NCBI GenBank assembly: GCA_002269645.1
Contig: NIVC01004299.1
Coordinates: 1 to 51,293 of the forward strand
Origin: Macrostomum lignano
Taxonomy: Eukaryota
Reading direction: 5' to 3'
Length of the DNA: 51,293 nucleotides
A program made the translations under genes and the position numbers. This document shows positions 33,767 through 47,082 of this stretch, one piece after another (the stretch's first letter is position 1; each line of letters starts with the position of its first letter). The notes under the pieces were generated by a model that saw only the letters and a program-made list of their open reading frames with translations, was not told the DNA's origin and did no database searches.

Positions 33767-36700
33767 CTATTCGAGCTGGAAGAGCAGGTAGGGGTTAAAC
33801 AACTCCGTTACCTTTTGCACATAGCTCTTCCGGCCTGGGTCTATCGCTAATCTACTCGGTTCCCGTCTATCTCTAACTGGTCTAGTTTCGATTGCTGGCT
33901 GCTCATTATTATTTTGCACTGGTAGATTATCTTCTTGTACTGGCATAACCTGCACTGGCATATCCTGCACTGGTACTGGAACATTATTCTGACTCTGCAC
34001 TGGCACAAACTGCACTTCATCTTCATGTTCACTCTCACTGTCGGCTGCTTCGTACATCGGATTAAGCGGTACATTTTCTCGAAGTTTCGGTCGCCTGGCA
34101 CAACTGCTTTCTGGCTTTTCTTCCTCACTAACGTAATCGGCTGTTGGTACGGGTAGTAAATTATCCCTATGCATGACTAATTCCTCTTTTCTAGCCTTAG
34201 TACTTTTTTTAATAATCTAATCCTGTAAACTACTTCTGATAACTGTTCTATGACCTCGTAGACTGCTCTTCTCTTCCTGTGGAACTTGTTGGCTTCTGTC
34301 TGTGTGATGACTGGGTTGTTAATGAAAACTAAGCTCCCTATAGGTAAGTCTGGTTGTTTAGGTTTGTTAGAATAGTGCTGCTCACGCTTACGTTGTATTA
34401 ATGTGAGCCGCTGTTTGGCGAGTTCTTGCCCCTCTTGCAGGTGAGTCAAGTGCTCTTGAACGTAAGCAGGCAGATCGGCGAACGCCTTTGGCTGCTGGAA
34501 CACATTGTCACTCGGCATCCGGGCCTCTCTTCCAAACACAAGATAATGCGGACTGAAACCTGTGGCTGTATGCGTGCTGGTGCGCAATGCGGTTATACAA
34601 CCGGGCAAAGACATCCCAGTTCGCATGTTCTTTCTCGAGCAAACAGGTAAGAATTGACTTAATTTGTTTGTTTAAATTTTCTACTAGCCCATTGCTTTGT
34701 GGATGATAGCTTGTTGTCCTAGTGTGCCTAATCCCATAGAGGTCTAAAAACTTTCTAAATGCTCTCCCTGTAAATTGTGTTCCCTGATCTGTGTGAATCC
34801 ACTGAGGTATTCCAAAGTCGGCGAAAACTCGCTCCTGCAGAATTTTAATTACTGTCTTAGCCTTCTGATTTTTAATTGCAAACGCAAATGGAAATTTGCT
34901 AGTGCTGTCAATAACTGACAAGACATATTTGTTACCAGATTTGCTAGTCTGATTGATCGAACCTATCAAATCAATGTGAAGGCGTGAGAATGGCTCGACA
35001 ATAGGAAAATTCTGCACGGGTGCCTTGCATCGCTTTCTTGATTTACTATCTAAACAAGATTTGCACTTGGCGACGTACTTTTCGACTGCTGTAGCTAATC
35101 CTACTCTCCAAAATCTTTCCTTAACTCGCTGATAAGTTTTGTCTCTTCCTAAATGACCTGCTAACGGTGAATCGTGGAATTCGTGAAAAACTTCACCATC
35201 TAAAGACTTGGGCAACACCACTTTAGATTCGGTCCGCCCTAAATTTAAGTCTATTCTAAGAACACCGTCTTCTATCCTGAAGAGTTCAAAATAACCTAGC
35301 AGATTTCTAATCTCGTGAGACAATTCTAGTCTTTCTTGAAAATTCGGTTTCGGCAAGTCAGATTCAATCAGATTCCTGACATAGCTTAGTGCGGGGTCAG
35401 CTAGCTGAGCTGCGACCAAATTTTCGCGACGCACAGGGCTACGAAGGTAATCACTCAGCAGTGCATTGCAAACAAGCGGGTGCCTTTCCTTAGGCTCCTG
35501 TTCTTGCCTTTTGCTTAGCAACCTGCTACTAAAACTCTGAGTATTGTGTCGGTTCGGCGCCATATTCTGCGGCGAACAGCATGACGTAACTCCACTGTGT
35601 AGACTACAGGTTTCGGCTTGCGCGGAATTGCCTGAGCTCACAGTAACAGCTGATGCTGGGTCTGTGTTCACAGTTGCCCTACAGCTAAGCGACCTGGCAT
35701 ATGGGGATGACTCATCCTGTTGAGGATCCGGGATCCTGGATAGAGCATCAGCATTCACATGCTTAGGGCCACTTCTATGCTCAATCTCAAAATCAAACTC
35801 ACTAAGTCTCTCGATCCAACGACCTAAAATGCCTGTCTGTTCGGTCTGGCGAAGCAACCAGGTTAGGGCATTGTGATCAGTGCGCACCTTAAAACGTTTC
35901 CCTACGAGGTAAAACCTGAAGTACTTCAGCGAGTCAACAATCGCTAGAAGCTCCTTCCTCGTAATCGGATATCTACTTTCTGACTGCCTCATTTTCCGAC
36001 TATAATACGCGATCGGTCTCTCAACTTCGTCGCTCTGTACTTGATTTAAGACCGCCCCAATTCTGACATCTGATGCATCAGTGTCTAACACAAAGTAAAC
36101 TTGGGGGTCTGTATTAAACTCTGGGTAAGCAAGCACTTCTTCGGAACACATCCGTTCCTTTAACAACTCGAAGCATTCATCATGAATCCTGGTCCATTTG
36201 TCCTGGATACATTTGATGTTCTTCTTCGTTAGCTCACAGAGCGGTGCTGCTACCTCGGCAAAATCTCTAACGAATTTTCGATAATAATTACAGAGTCCGA
36301 GAAAACTTCGAAGCTCTGTCACAGATTTCGGTTTCGGCCAGTTCCTAATCGCTTCTAACTTTGACGCATCTCTCTTAATTCCTGCTTTGCCTATGACGTG
36401 TCCTAGATATTGTAGTTCTGATTTGAAAAGGTGACATTTCTTCGCTTTTAGTTTCATATTAGCTTGGATTAGTCTTTTGAGCACTTCTTTCAGGTGTTCT
36501 AAGTGAGATTCAAAGTCTGTACTATAAACTATTACATCGTCTAAGTAAGCTATGGCGAACTTCTGTGCAATGTCCTTAAGAACTAAGTTCATGCACCTTT
36601 GAAAAGTTCCTGGAGCTCCTTGCAATCCCATTGGCAAAACTTCGTACTCAAACGAGCCTCGATGTAAAGTTGGAAAACTAGTTTTGCACTTATCTTCTTC

Positions 36701-38191
36701 CCTAAGAGCTATCTGATAATATCCTGAGAATAGATCTAACGTAGAAAATTGACTGGCTCCATGGAGACACGAGAATGTTTCATTAATATTAGTTATTGGA
36801 TACGGAAAGTACTCCGATTTGTTATTTAGTGCTCGATAATCGTTAACTAATCTCAGCGAACCATCCTTCTTAGGTACTATGACTAATGGAGTCGAGTACT
36901 GCGAGTAACTAGGCCTAATGATGCCTCTAGCCAACATGAGATCTAACTGTTCATCTACCTCTTTGATCCAATGAGGTGGAATCTTCCTAGCTGGTATCTG
37001 AACTGGGTTGTTGTCCTTCAAGATAATCTCATGCGTGACTAAGTGCGTTCTGCCTAAGTCTAACTTGTGTTGTGAGAAAGCTGCTGAATGTTCCTTGACG
37101 ACCTCGATCACCTTCTGTCTCTGCTCCTGAGTCAGTTCATTTCCTATGTCGATCTCACTAATCCAATCTTCTGACTTGTCTTGAACCTGTCTGATGTTTT
37201 CGCAAAACTGCGTGTTCTTATTCTGGCATAACTGCTCTTTCTCTGGTTGATCCTTAAGATAGTTTAATTCACTAGCTAAAAGCGGTTTAGCCATTCCTAC
37301 TAGTGCTGATGCTGGCACTCTAGCTTCCTGTGAGCTGGTGTTAATGACTTCTAGATAAGCTTCTCCTTGCCTTAGAGTTACTAAGCTTGGCACTACAGTT
37401 ACCTTCTCTGCTCTAGTCTTCAATCCTGATCTGAGTGGCTCAACAACTGATGGCACTCCGAAATTGGATTCACTACCTGTGGCTAACCTGACTTTGACTA
37501 ATCCTGAACTATTAGCTGGAACTGTCGTCTTTTCTGCAACATAGATTCTCTTAACCTGAGGCTTAGCTCTGGTAGAACGAAGTGGAATTCTGGCTCCCTG
37601 CTTCATAGTTAGCATTCCTGTCTCAAAGTCGATAGCATTACAATATTGTTGGACAAACGTCACGCCTATTACATTGTCTACTCCTGCGTCACATAAGAGA
37701 AACTCTATTTCTTCTTCAAAATCTCCGAATGTCGCCTTAATTACTACGGAACCTTTAATTGGAATCGGCTCTTCCGTGAATGACACGATTCTATTGTTCC
37801 ACTGCTTAATTAAGTGACTATTCTTGCCAGTGAACAGATGTTTCCAGGTTTCTCGTCCTAGAATGCTCCTATTGCTGCCAGTGTCTAATAGATAAACTAC
37901 CTCCTTATTTAGAATGCTGCCAGTAATATACGGATCGTAATTTTGCTTCTTAGTTGGTTCGCTTAAATTTTGTGGTTTAATTTGCTGCTTACTAGAACAA
38001 GGTTGTTGCTGTGGTGCGTGTGAAAAGTGCTGAGAATAAATGTTTGGTTGATTAAATGGTTGCGCATGCATATTCAATTCACTATTTACAGAAAAACTAT
38101 CGCTGCTATTTACAGGTTGCGAGGCTACAGACTGCTGACTGTCTACTTCTGGAAAGCGTTGCCCCCTACGCTTCCGGCTACTCCGTTTCCC
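33767..38191 (-). CDS. pol: Pol polyprotein (protease, RT, RNase H, integrase) with two apparent 1-nt deletions
   Basis: LLDTGS; LDLFSGYYQI and YLDDV; LDTDASD; HDSPLAGH..CKSC, IDLIG, TDQG and E. Frame changes at about 34610 (WDV/LPGCITALRT) and about 34205 (A-run, then KEELVMHRDNL) link ORFs 34508-38077, 34177-34626 and 33767-34174. Confidence 0.95.
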
Positions 38192-39153
38192 TGATTCTTA
38201 TTCTGGTACTGCTGCGGGAACTGCTGCTGCGGGAACTGCGGCGGCGGGTACTGCGGTTGGTACGGAATAAACTGTGGTGGTTGTGGAAACTGCTGCTGCG
38301 GAAACTGCGGCTGATTCTGCTGCTGCTGGCAATGCTTAGCTATGTGACCGCTTTTCCCACACTTGAAGCACTTTACTGGCTGCTTCTGACCTTGGCCCTG
38401 TTGCTGGCCTTGGTACGGCTTCTGCCTAGCCTTCTGCTCAGCACTCTGCTGGTGTCGAAGCAACTCCTGGAGCACCCTCTGCTGGCTTTCTAGTGTCTCA
38501 CCTTGCTTGCGGACTAACTCCCTCAAGCTACTCTCAGCCTCATCTCCTCCAGTTGCCTTGCACTGAGCTGGATCTCTCCCTCGGCGAGACATGGTATACG
38601 CCATTTCGATACGTCGCAAGACTCGACGTGTCTCTTGGAGTGTGTTCGCCTGTGCTAGCAGTAGCTTTTCCCTAGCCTCTGGGGTTATCCTAACACCTCT
38701 AATAAATTGTTCCACCACTTCTTCCTGTCTTTGATCGTTAGTTAGGTGAGGAAACGCCCTATAGGCTAACTCTGTCAGCTTCTCCGCATAGTCGTCAGTG
38801 CTCTCTGTCTTAGATTGGTATCTGCTACGGAATTCTTCCCTAGCTTCTTGAGCACTACCCGCATGCGTGAATCGTTCGATGAGCCTATCCTTGAATTCAG
38901 CATACGGTAGATTAGGATCTAAATTCAGCCTTGTCACAATAGCAAACGCTGATTGGACATCTAGATTAGATAGTAGTTCATTTTTCCAATCGGCTGCAGG
39001 TATCTCATCTGCGATACACCTTTGCTCAAAAGCCTGAATCCACACGTCAATATCTTGATTAGGCGTGTACTTTTGGATCCTAATGTGCTTTCTAATGTCT
39101 AGTCTGTCTCTAATTCCTTCAGCCAGAGCTTCTACTACGTCATTAGCGTCCAT
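38143..39153 (-). CDS. gag: Gag with CCHC zinc knuckle
   Basis: YTPNQDIDVWIQAFE, FRSRYQSKTESTDDY and CFKCGKSGHIAKHC, with a Q/P-rich tail. Confidence 0.95.
   Translation of the reverse strand: MDANDVVEALAEGIRDRLDIRKHIRIQKYTPNQDIDVWIQAFEQRCIADEIPAADWKNELLSNLDVQSAFAIVTRLNLDPNLPYAEFKDRLIERFTHAGSAQEAREEFRSRYQSKTESTDDYAEKLTELAYRAFPHLTNDQRQEEVVEQFIRGVRITPEAREKLLLAQANTLQETRRVLRRIEMAYTMSRRGRDPAQCKATGGDEAESSLRELVRKQGETLESQQRVLQELLRHQQSAEQKARQKPYQGQQQGQGQKQPVKCFKCGKSGHIAKHCQQQQNQPQFPQQQFPQPPQFIPYQPQYPPPQFPQQQFPQQYQNKNQGNGVAGSVGGNAFQK
38150..38191 (-). promoter_or_regulatory. -1 programmed ribosomal frameshift signal (gag-pol)
   Basis: Slippery heptamer G-GGA-AAC (38191-38185) in the gag frame, a 9-nt spacer, then stem GGAAGCGT/ACGCTTTCC. 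The -1 frame is open from there into the protease. Confidence 0.75.
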
Positions 39154-39546
39154 TAGATTTTCGAATTTACGAATTATCGCTTCTTATGATTAATTGATTT
39201 CAGTGAGACTGGGAGACTCCTGAGTCACTGATCTACCTAACTAGTTTAATTGGTTACTTCTAATTGTGAACAGAACTGCTAGACTGCGTGATCTCTTCAC
39301 TTTTATCTGGGTCAATTTCGCCCTTGCTGATAATTTTTGACACTATTAGCTACTAGAAGCGTTAATTCGATCTTAATCCGTTAATCCTAGGATTTAGGAT
39401 TATCGTATTAGTTTCAGTATTTTAGATTACCTTCTCTCCTGATTCTGACTTTTCGAAACGTTTTATTTTGCAGGTTATATATTTTACTAATTTTTAGTTT
39501 GCACCAGTCTTAACTTTTTGCGTTTCTCGGGTTTACTAATCCTCTA

Positions 39547-39557
39547 AGCTGCCACCA
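39547..39557 (-). promoter_or_regulatory. Primer binding site (TGGTGGCAGCT, tRNA-Leu-like)
   Basis: Lies 2 nt downstream of the 5' LTR. The tRNA assignment is an inference. Confidence 0.75.
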
Positions 39558-39559
39558 AT

Positions 39560-40279
39560 TGGAATGGGCGTGCCTCGCGGTTAAGCTACTGGTTTATTCT
39601 GTTTTCTATTATTACTTCTGTTATCATGTAGTCTAATTTGGTAGGTTGCTGCCACCAGACTAATGTCCCTTATAATAATAGTTTTAAATTAAAATAAGTG
39701 AGACAAGAGTCGACTTCATGGAAGATTATTGGAATAAACAAACAAAAGAAAATGATATTATTGAACCAAATATGCGAAGATTTAAGCACTATTATTACTA
39801 TGTTATTAGAACCGGTAGACTCCTGGTTCCTTTCCCTTACTTCTATCTAACTGACTATACTAATTCTCCTATTCTCGGTAGACTCCGTTTTGACTAAGCG
39901 GTAGACTCCTCTTAGTCTCCCTATTTTACCCCGATCTTACCTTTTATACTTTCTTATATATATTCTTTTTATTTTATAAAGGGGAGACTCCCTTAGTCTG
40001 GCTTATTTGAGACTTAGATCTCTTACAAACGTTGTCCAATGGACGGTCCTGAACAGGATGCTTTTCCCGAGGCCAAACAGCCTTTTACTAATAGAGGAAC
40101 CCGCTAATACTCGAATTCCCACAACTTCAGATATTTCCCGAGGGTGAACTACTAATAGTAGCGTAAAAGCAAAACTGCTTATTCTAGAATTTCGTGCTAC
40201 TAAAATAATTCCTCTCGACGAATAAGAACTGTTGGCAAACGCCTTGGCAAAACTGCATTGAACTAAACCCCCTACTACA
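39560..40279 (-). repeat. 5' LTR (720 bp)
   Basis: Differs from the 3' LTR at about 3 substitutions and 1 indel by manual comparison. Confidence 0.95.
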
Positions 40280-42344
40280 TAGCACTAACGTTTAAAATAT
40301 ACAGCGTATGTCCTCCTGATTGATTTATTATTATGGTGCATGCTATGTTGCAGTTAAAATTCTATTTTTGTGTCAATAAGCATGCATGTGCCTGCGCCAG
40401 TTGTTTCTTGTATACGTTTTACTCCGCAGCAGTTACTTCCCTTAACAGTCTCAGCTGATCAGTAACGTAAGGTGCATTGTTTGTCGTAGCATTTGGGACA
40501 TATCCACAGGATTCAGGAACACCCCATATAACTTTCACCAGCCTCCCCTACCTCCTTGGCTACGCCCCTTCCTGTGATCCTGATCACAAACGGTTGATGA
40601 AACACTTGGGGCAACTCGAAATGATCGACTCAAAAACTCATCGAATGACTAGCTAGTTGTTGCTATGATGCATTACATGCATTCCTGCGTGGCATTGATG
40701 CACGCACAGACAAACAATGTATCTCGTAAATAAAGTGCGTACATGTACGTCTGTGCTGCGTGACAGCAGCTGGTTTAGGGTGCTTATTAGCTGTTGCTGA
40801 GTGCATGTACTCGTAATGTTCCACTATTGCATGTACATATAGCTATCTGGTAAAATAATCGATTTTTTGCAAAATCTTAAATATTCTGAACAACTTCCAT
40901 GTTTGCATTAATTAACCACTCTTTTCGTTAAAAATTCCATAATCATTTTAAATATGTGCAACCCGAGTTAAGAATATTACGTCACCTTTACTATGTATTA
41001 GAGGATTATGTTTGGGTACAATACGCACTATCTTTTACTTCTTGGGCTAGAAGGTGTCGGAATGTTTATCTAATTTTTTGTACATGTACCTTAAAATTAC
41101 TTGTGCTGTATTCGTATTTTGCTGATTCAGCGTCTTGTTTTAACCTCCCTTACTACTTTTTAAATATAACGACTCGTGATTACATGAGCCTCTGCACACG
41201 CCTTCGTGTGTTTTCTTACTTCTATAGCTGAATACTGTGAACCGCATGAAAAATGCAAGGACCACAAATAGCTAATTTATACTCGTAGTTGGTAGTCCTT
41301 GGAAGAATGTAAAGAGCCACGGGCCCTATTCGCATGTAACTCCATAATGATTTGATTTGACTCACGCTCGACCAGATATACCACATGTATAGACTAGATA
41401 CATGTTGTTGGCCTTCATATTTTTTCGTGTGTAGCACTCGTCGAATTCACGCACCGGCCGGATGAGGGCCGATGAGGCCAGAGCCTCCAGATCGTCGACA
41501 GTCGAATTGATTCGCGGCGTGCCCAGCATCATCAACCTAACTATTCACAGTAATAAGGAGAGCGGACGAAATAGCACCTAAACCTAAAAGAATCTCGGAT
41601 CGCTACTGTATAGAAGTCGGCATGGCAACCATAAGCAGCAAAAGAACCGCGTGCGTCAAAACGCTATTCCAAACTGCTTAGTCACATCTCCTGTTAATTT
41701 TCCCCTAGAGTCTAGATGCAGAGTATCTGAATTCGATTTTGAATCTCTCTTTTTCCGCATTGTTTTTGTTTAAACAAGCGAGTGCTTCGAGGAAAATTCG
41801 GCCGCAGAAATTGAAATTCGCCCCTGTAATAAAATTGATGCCGATATAAGCGTTAGAAATTTGAAAGAAGGTCATCCAAAACCAACCAAAAGCATCCACC
41901 AGACCATTTTAGATAAAGTGCAGCCCGTAGCGATCGAGATGAGCGCGACACGGCCTGTCGGAGCTGGAGTGCGACGGCAGGGATCGGGGGATCGGGCACG
42001 CCCAACTCTGGCGACCAACCACGCAGTAAAAGTACAGTAAAATATAAATCGAATACAAATACAAGTAGCACACGATGCGAAATACGAGCTAACTTGATTA
42101 CTTTTAAAAACATACGCAGATACATTACACCAGTGGCACGGAAGTCTCTTTGGTCGCTGCTGTCCAGGAAGGGACACTCACCAGCCCCACCCCCACTCCA
42201 CTATACGAGTTTAGGGGCGTTTTTTCAAGCCCAGAGCGGGGGAGTTTTAAAATTTCTCGGGACTGAGTGCAATGATCGAGGGCCCATCTTTGCACAAATT
42301 TACGCATTTATTAGACACTGCTTGCTTTTGCTTGCCACTTTATG

Positions 42345-42790
42345 CCTATATGATAGTGTGCACGGACATGATGAAGCTTCACTATCTAAGCTTCTAAGCT
42401 AATCTAAGCTTGCTATCTGAGAATAGAAAGAACCATCCACACAGCCTGAGCTTCTGGAAAAATGGATCTCCGCGACTTCCCCGAAAGTGGAAAGCAGCAG
42501 AGTTGAAGAAGTTGCGCAGCGATCCAAAGCACAACTACCGGATCTGCTCACTGCATTTTTCAGAAAGGCTGTCTGTAACCAATTCTCAGGACTCCAACTC
42601 GATCGAGCCGTGTAAGCGCTCCGCGTTTGCAAATGCATGCAAATGGACAACCAAAGCAGCTAGAAAATCGACGCTTGAGAATTCTATCCCGTACCTGAGG
42701 AGTGCATCTTTCCAAACTTGCCATCCTGCTTGAGCATCCAAACGTGCCATCCTGCTTGAGCAAAACTGTACCTGAGGACGACCTACCACC
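42345..42790 (+). mobile_element. Decayed THAP-domain transposase 5' remnant (P-element-like)
   Basis: HSLSFW...RKWKAA...NYRICSLHF is the THAP W...CSxHF signature. It is followed in another frame by IFPNLPSCLS, typical of the THAP linker. The N-terminus is degenerate and there is a 26-bp tandem duplication near 42710-42761. Confidence 0.7.
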
Positions 42791-44331
42791 ATGGCACCTA
42801 CTCAGACTTGACGAGAGAGTGCTTAATTACTATACGCGTCGCTACAAGGATAAGGCAGAATAAACTCTTCGAAAGCAATGTTATAGGGGCTTCCATGATC
42901 TACTGGCGTTCGAGCTCTCCGCCACAAAGGGTAGCAAAATTTATTTTTGCACTAAAGAAACGACAGCTTCGTGAATAATGCAACCAAACATAGTAGATAC
43001 GGATCATAAATTTCTGAATGTTTTGCGTTCAATGATGCAAACCGCATCTTTCGATGACTTTTACTCATAAATTTATCAGTCATAGAAATGAAAAATAATC
43101 GCGTTTTCCTTTTCATTCAATGCAATTTAATTCGGCTTTTGCCCCTTAACTTGTATGCTGCCTAAACTAAGTGTTCCTTCCTGGGGAGCGCAGCGAGCCA
43201 ATAGGATTCTAGATCTGCCAGTGGCGTAGCTAGGAGTTTGAAATGGGACTGGGGAATAACTGCAAAGGTCAAAGTCACAGTCAATTAAATTTTTTTATGT
43301 AATTTTTTGCGGTAAAAATGCACTAAAAAGTACTTGTAGCATTATTTATAGGCTAAAAAACTTCAATTTGTTATAATCAGAAAAACCCGTTAGACATGTG
43401 TCTTAACTCAAATAACTTGAGTTAAAATTAGGAATAAAAATTAAAATCACATTTTACTAGTACATTTATACTTATTAGCTTTTTTAACAGAGACCGCAGT
43501 TTTTATCAAGTTTCACTCATGGACAACTAGAGTAGAAGGACGCTACACTCGGCTTTCGTGGAAATCGGGCTGGAGGCCAAATTTTCGCGTAAATACACTA
43601 GCGAGATAGAAGAATATATTATTTTTCATGCGAAATAGGCAGCTAAATTTGAGTCCAGTCCAAGAAGCAGTGAAGTTCTTATTTTGATATAAGTTGAAAG
43701 AGTTATTACTTTGTTGAATTTTATATGGCTTTCATCGCGAAAGTGTAGCATTCTATTTTTTCATTTACATTATAACTATAGGCCTAATTATAAGGTATAG
43801 GCTACTCTACTCTAGTAGGCCTGTGGCCTATCTAGTAGTATAGTATTCCCTACTATTATTATTAGGCTCTGCATGTCTACTGTATTCAGTAATGGACAAT
43901 TACCAAGCCAGTCTATACATCCTATCTGTAGCTAGTAGATCTTAAATCTCATGCCTATAGCCTATGATCAATATACTTAGTATATTACAAGAATTGCAAT
44001 CTAGAGTGTTATGGATATTCATTCATTCAAGCATACAAACCCAACCTTAGAGATTTCGTATATTTAGATAGGGTAGCTTTAATTTTTGTTTACTTTGATT
44101 TGAAATGCTTGTTTTATAATAGAAAACTATTGATTTGTATCTATGCTATCTATGTAGACTCTAACTCAGATGTCAGACATCCCAACATAATCATTACCTT
44201 TAAGTTTGATTTACTTTGAATTGTAACTGATGTAGGCCTATGATAATATCATATTTATATACCATTTAATGTCTTATGGCCAATTGTCATTGATTATATA
44301 TATATCTGACAAGTTGGCTACTTAGTGGTAA

Positions 44332-44714
44332 CGAAGAGCTTGCGTGCACGGCGGCCGTTCGCGTGGGCTCAGAATTGCGTGCACGGCAGAGCTGTATCTT
44401 ATAGGCCTATACAGTAAGTCATAGCTATTCAAATAATATTCAAATTAACAAAAAAGCAATGAATTAAGATTACATTGGGTGTACATGGTGTACGTGGGAT
44501 AAAACATAAAACAATATAGTAACAATAACTTTTTAATTAGTTATTGTTTAATTTAAGGGCCCCAGTCCTGGCCATTTACTGGCTGCCATGCATGCAATTT
44601 CAACACTAGATGAACGGCTGCCATACATGCAAATAAAGCACTAGTAGATAGTCGCCGTGCAGTGCACGCAATTCTGAGCTTACGTGAACGGCTGCCGTGC
44701 ACGCAAGCTCTTTG
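44332..44714. mobile_element. MITE with about 55-bp TIRs and 9-bp TSD TAGTGGTAA
   Basis: Left CGAAGAGCTTGCGTGCACGGCGGCCGTTCGCGTGGGCTCAGAATTGCGTGCAC; the right end is its near-perfect reverse complement. TAGTGGTAA lies at 44323-44331 and 44715-44723. Confidence 0.88.
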
Positions 44715-45411
44715 TAGTGGTAACTGGGGAACCTGCATGGACAATCGAAGTCATTCATCTTTATTGCCTTTTTGCTTTAAAATTATAGTATTGTTTGTTT
44801 CATTGTTGATATAGTTCTGATACAATTCATGTAGAGTATTGTTATATTTATCTCAATTGCTTCTAACTCTTGGATATATCTGAAAACTTTCGCCTTTAAA
44901 TCTATGTAAAAGCCTACGAGTATAATATACACATTTGCACTTGTTTTTATACAGCTTTTATAAGCTGATTATGCATCAGATATTTTACTGATGGCACAAG
45001 ATAAAAGAATTTACTAGAAGGGAGCTGTGGCTTGTGTGGCCTAATGGGTCTGTTTTGACTTTCGACTGCATTATTTTCTGACTGATTATAGTTTTCCATA
45101 CATGTTCAGTGCCGATTAATAGCAAAGATGAGCATTAATTGTTTTTACTAGAGCCAACAAATTTCTGAGCAACCCAGTGAAAGAATTTTTAGTTTTCATG
45201 CAGCCAATCAAGAGATATTGACTTTTGAATTTTGGCCTCCAGCTAATTTTACATGATTCGCGAGTGTAGCGTCTTTCTACTCTAGTTGTTTCACTGCATA
45301 TTTTACAGAATATTTTCAGGTAACGTTTTCTGCGAAAATCTGGGTAAATTTTCACACTTTACCCATGGCATTGGGAAACTCGGAATTCGTGGAAATATCA
45401 TTAAAAAATTA

Positions 45412-47017
45412 TCTGCTACATATAAAAATCAAAACTCTGTGTGTGTGTCTGTGTGTGTGTCTGTGGACAATTTTGATCGCTATGGACTCCCAAACCACTC
45501 AACCAAATGACACCAAACTTTACACCCACCCTAAACGTATTACGGAGAATGTCTTAGGCTACCTTTAAATTTCCTAGACTCAAGTCTTCTTGCCTAAAAG
45601 TACAAAAAACTGCTCAAAATTCGCGATTTTTTCACTTAATCCTCCATAGCGCCGCTCCACTTCTAACAATTCTCTTCAAATTTGACACAAAAAATCTTAA
45701 ACTATTTTAGCATAATCATGTAAAATTTCGAGTCTCAAAGTTAATCCTGAGCGATGCTGTGCACTTTTAAAGTTAGGCTGTTTTTTTTCAGCGTAGCAAC
45801 CACCCCAACCTCCGCCCGCCTGCCTCTCTTCCCGATCTGGGCCTAGATGTGTAAAAGGGTTTCAAAATTGACTAACTTTCAGCTGCCATAAGTTTGCTCC
45901 AAGTAAAGCGATTGACTTCAAACTTGACATAAATCTTTATTGACTTATTCTCTGTTTAAATGTAAAGTTTCAACTCTCTAACTCAATCAGAACAGAAACT
46001 GTAAACATGTAAAGTTTGTCTGCTTTTTCTGTTGTTTGTGCCACTCACTCACTCATTCCCCCAGAGCCAGATGAAGGGTCAGGCGATAGGGCTCAATGTA
46101 CATAGCGAATGTACAGTGTTTTGGAATAACTTTTTAATAGCCTTCTGTACCCCGCGATGGAGAGGAGAGAGTTTAGCGAGAGATTCAATTTCAAACCACT
46201 GTCCTCTAAATAGACAAGTCTGCAGCAGTTAAACAAGGATGGCAAATCAAGGCGGTGTGGGATGGTTTGTAAAAATATTGAAAAATTAATGAATAACTGA
46301 TTACAATGCAATCCTACTAAATTAGTTAGTTCCAGCATGAAGCTTTTAACATTAAGATTCACATAAGGTAACTTTAAAATTTAAATGGCTACGAAGAAAT
46401 GCGTATTTCCTTGGTTGTTAGACTGCTGCAGACTGTGGTGGTGGAGCCAGAGAATGGAGATACACAAATTCCTCTCAGGGCTACTAATTGGCCAGAAAGA
46501 TGACGCGATTAAAGCATGAGAAATGATAACAAATAACAACCATGATAGTATTACTTCCCATCCCATGCACAAACTGGCTTTCGAAGCAGGGATCGGCAGA
46601 TTTTTATCTCAAAGGCCAGATAAAGAATCCAGCTCATGGCTGCGGGCCAGATGAGAGTAAAAAGGAAAAGGAATAGACTATTAGAAAGGGAGGAGGGGTG
46701 AGAGGGGGATAAGAGAGCAGATAGAAGATAACAGGAGAGACAAGGGGGTTGAGGAGAGAGCAGAGAATATGGGACGAAGAAGCGAGAGGGGGGAGAGAGA
46801 AGGGAGACGAAATAGTAGAGGTGAGAAGATGGAGAGAGAAGAGGGGAGAGATGAGACAGAGGATCGATGAGAGAGGAGAGTGGAGAAGAGTGAGAAGAGA
46901 TGAGAGATGAGAGAACAGAGAGGCAAATGAGAGAGGATCGAGAGGAGAGATTAGAAAGGATAGAGAAGAGAGGAGATAAGAGGGGGAGAGAGAGGAGTGA
47001 GAAGAGAGGAGATAAGA

Positions 47018-47082
<65 letters not shown>

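Larger units (their letters stand above)
31612..40279 (-). mobile_element. Full-length Ty3/gypsy LTR retrotransposon (8668 bp)
   Basis: Two near-identical LTRs with TG...CA ends, TSD TAGC (31608-31611 and 40280-40283), PBS, PPT, gag, and pol in PR-RT-RH-IN order. Confidence 0.97.
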
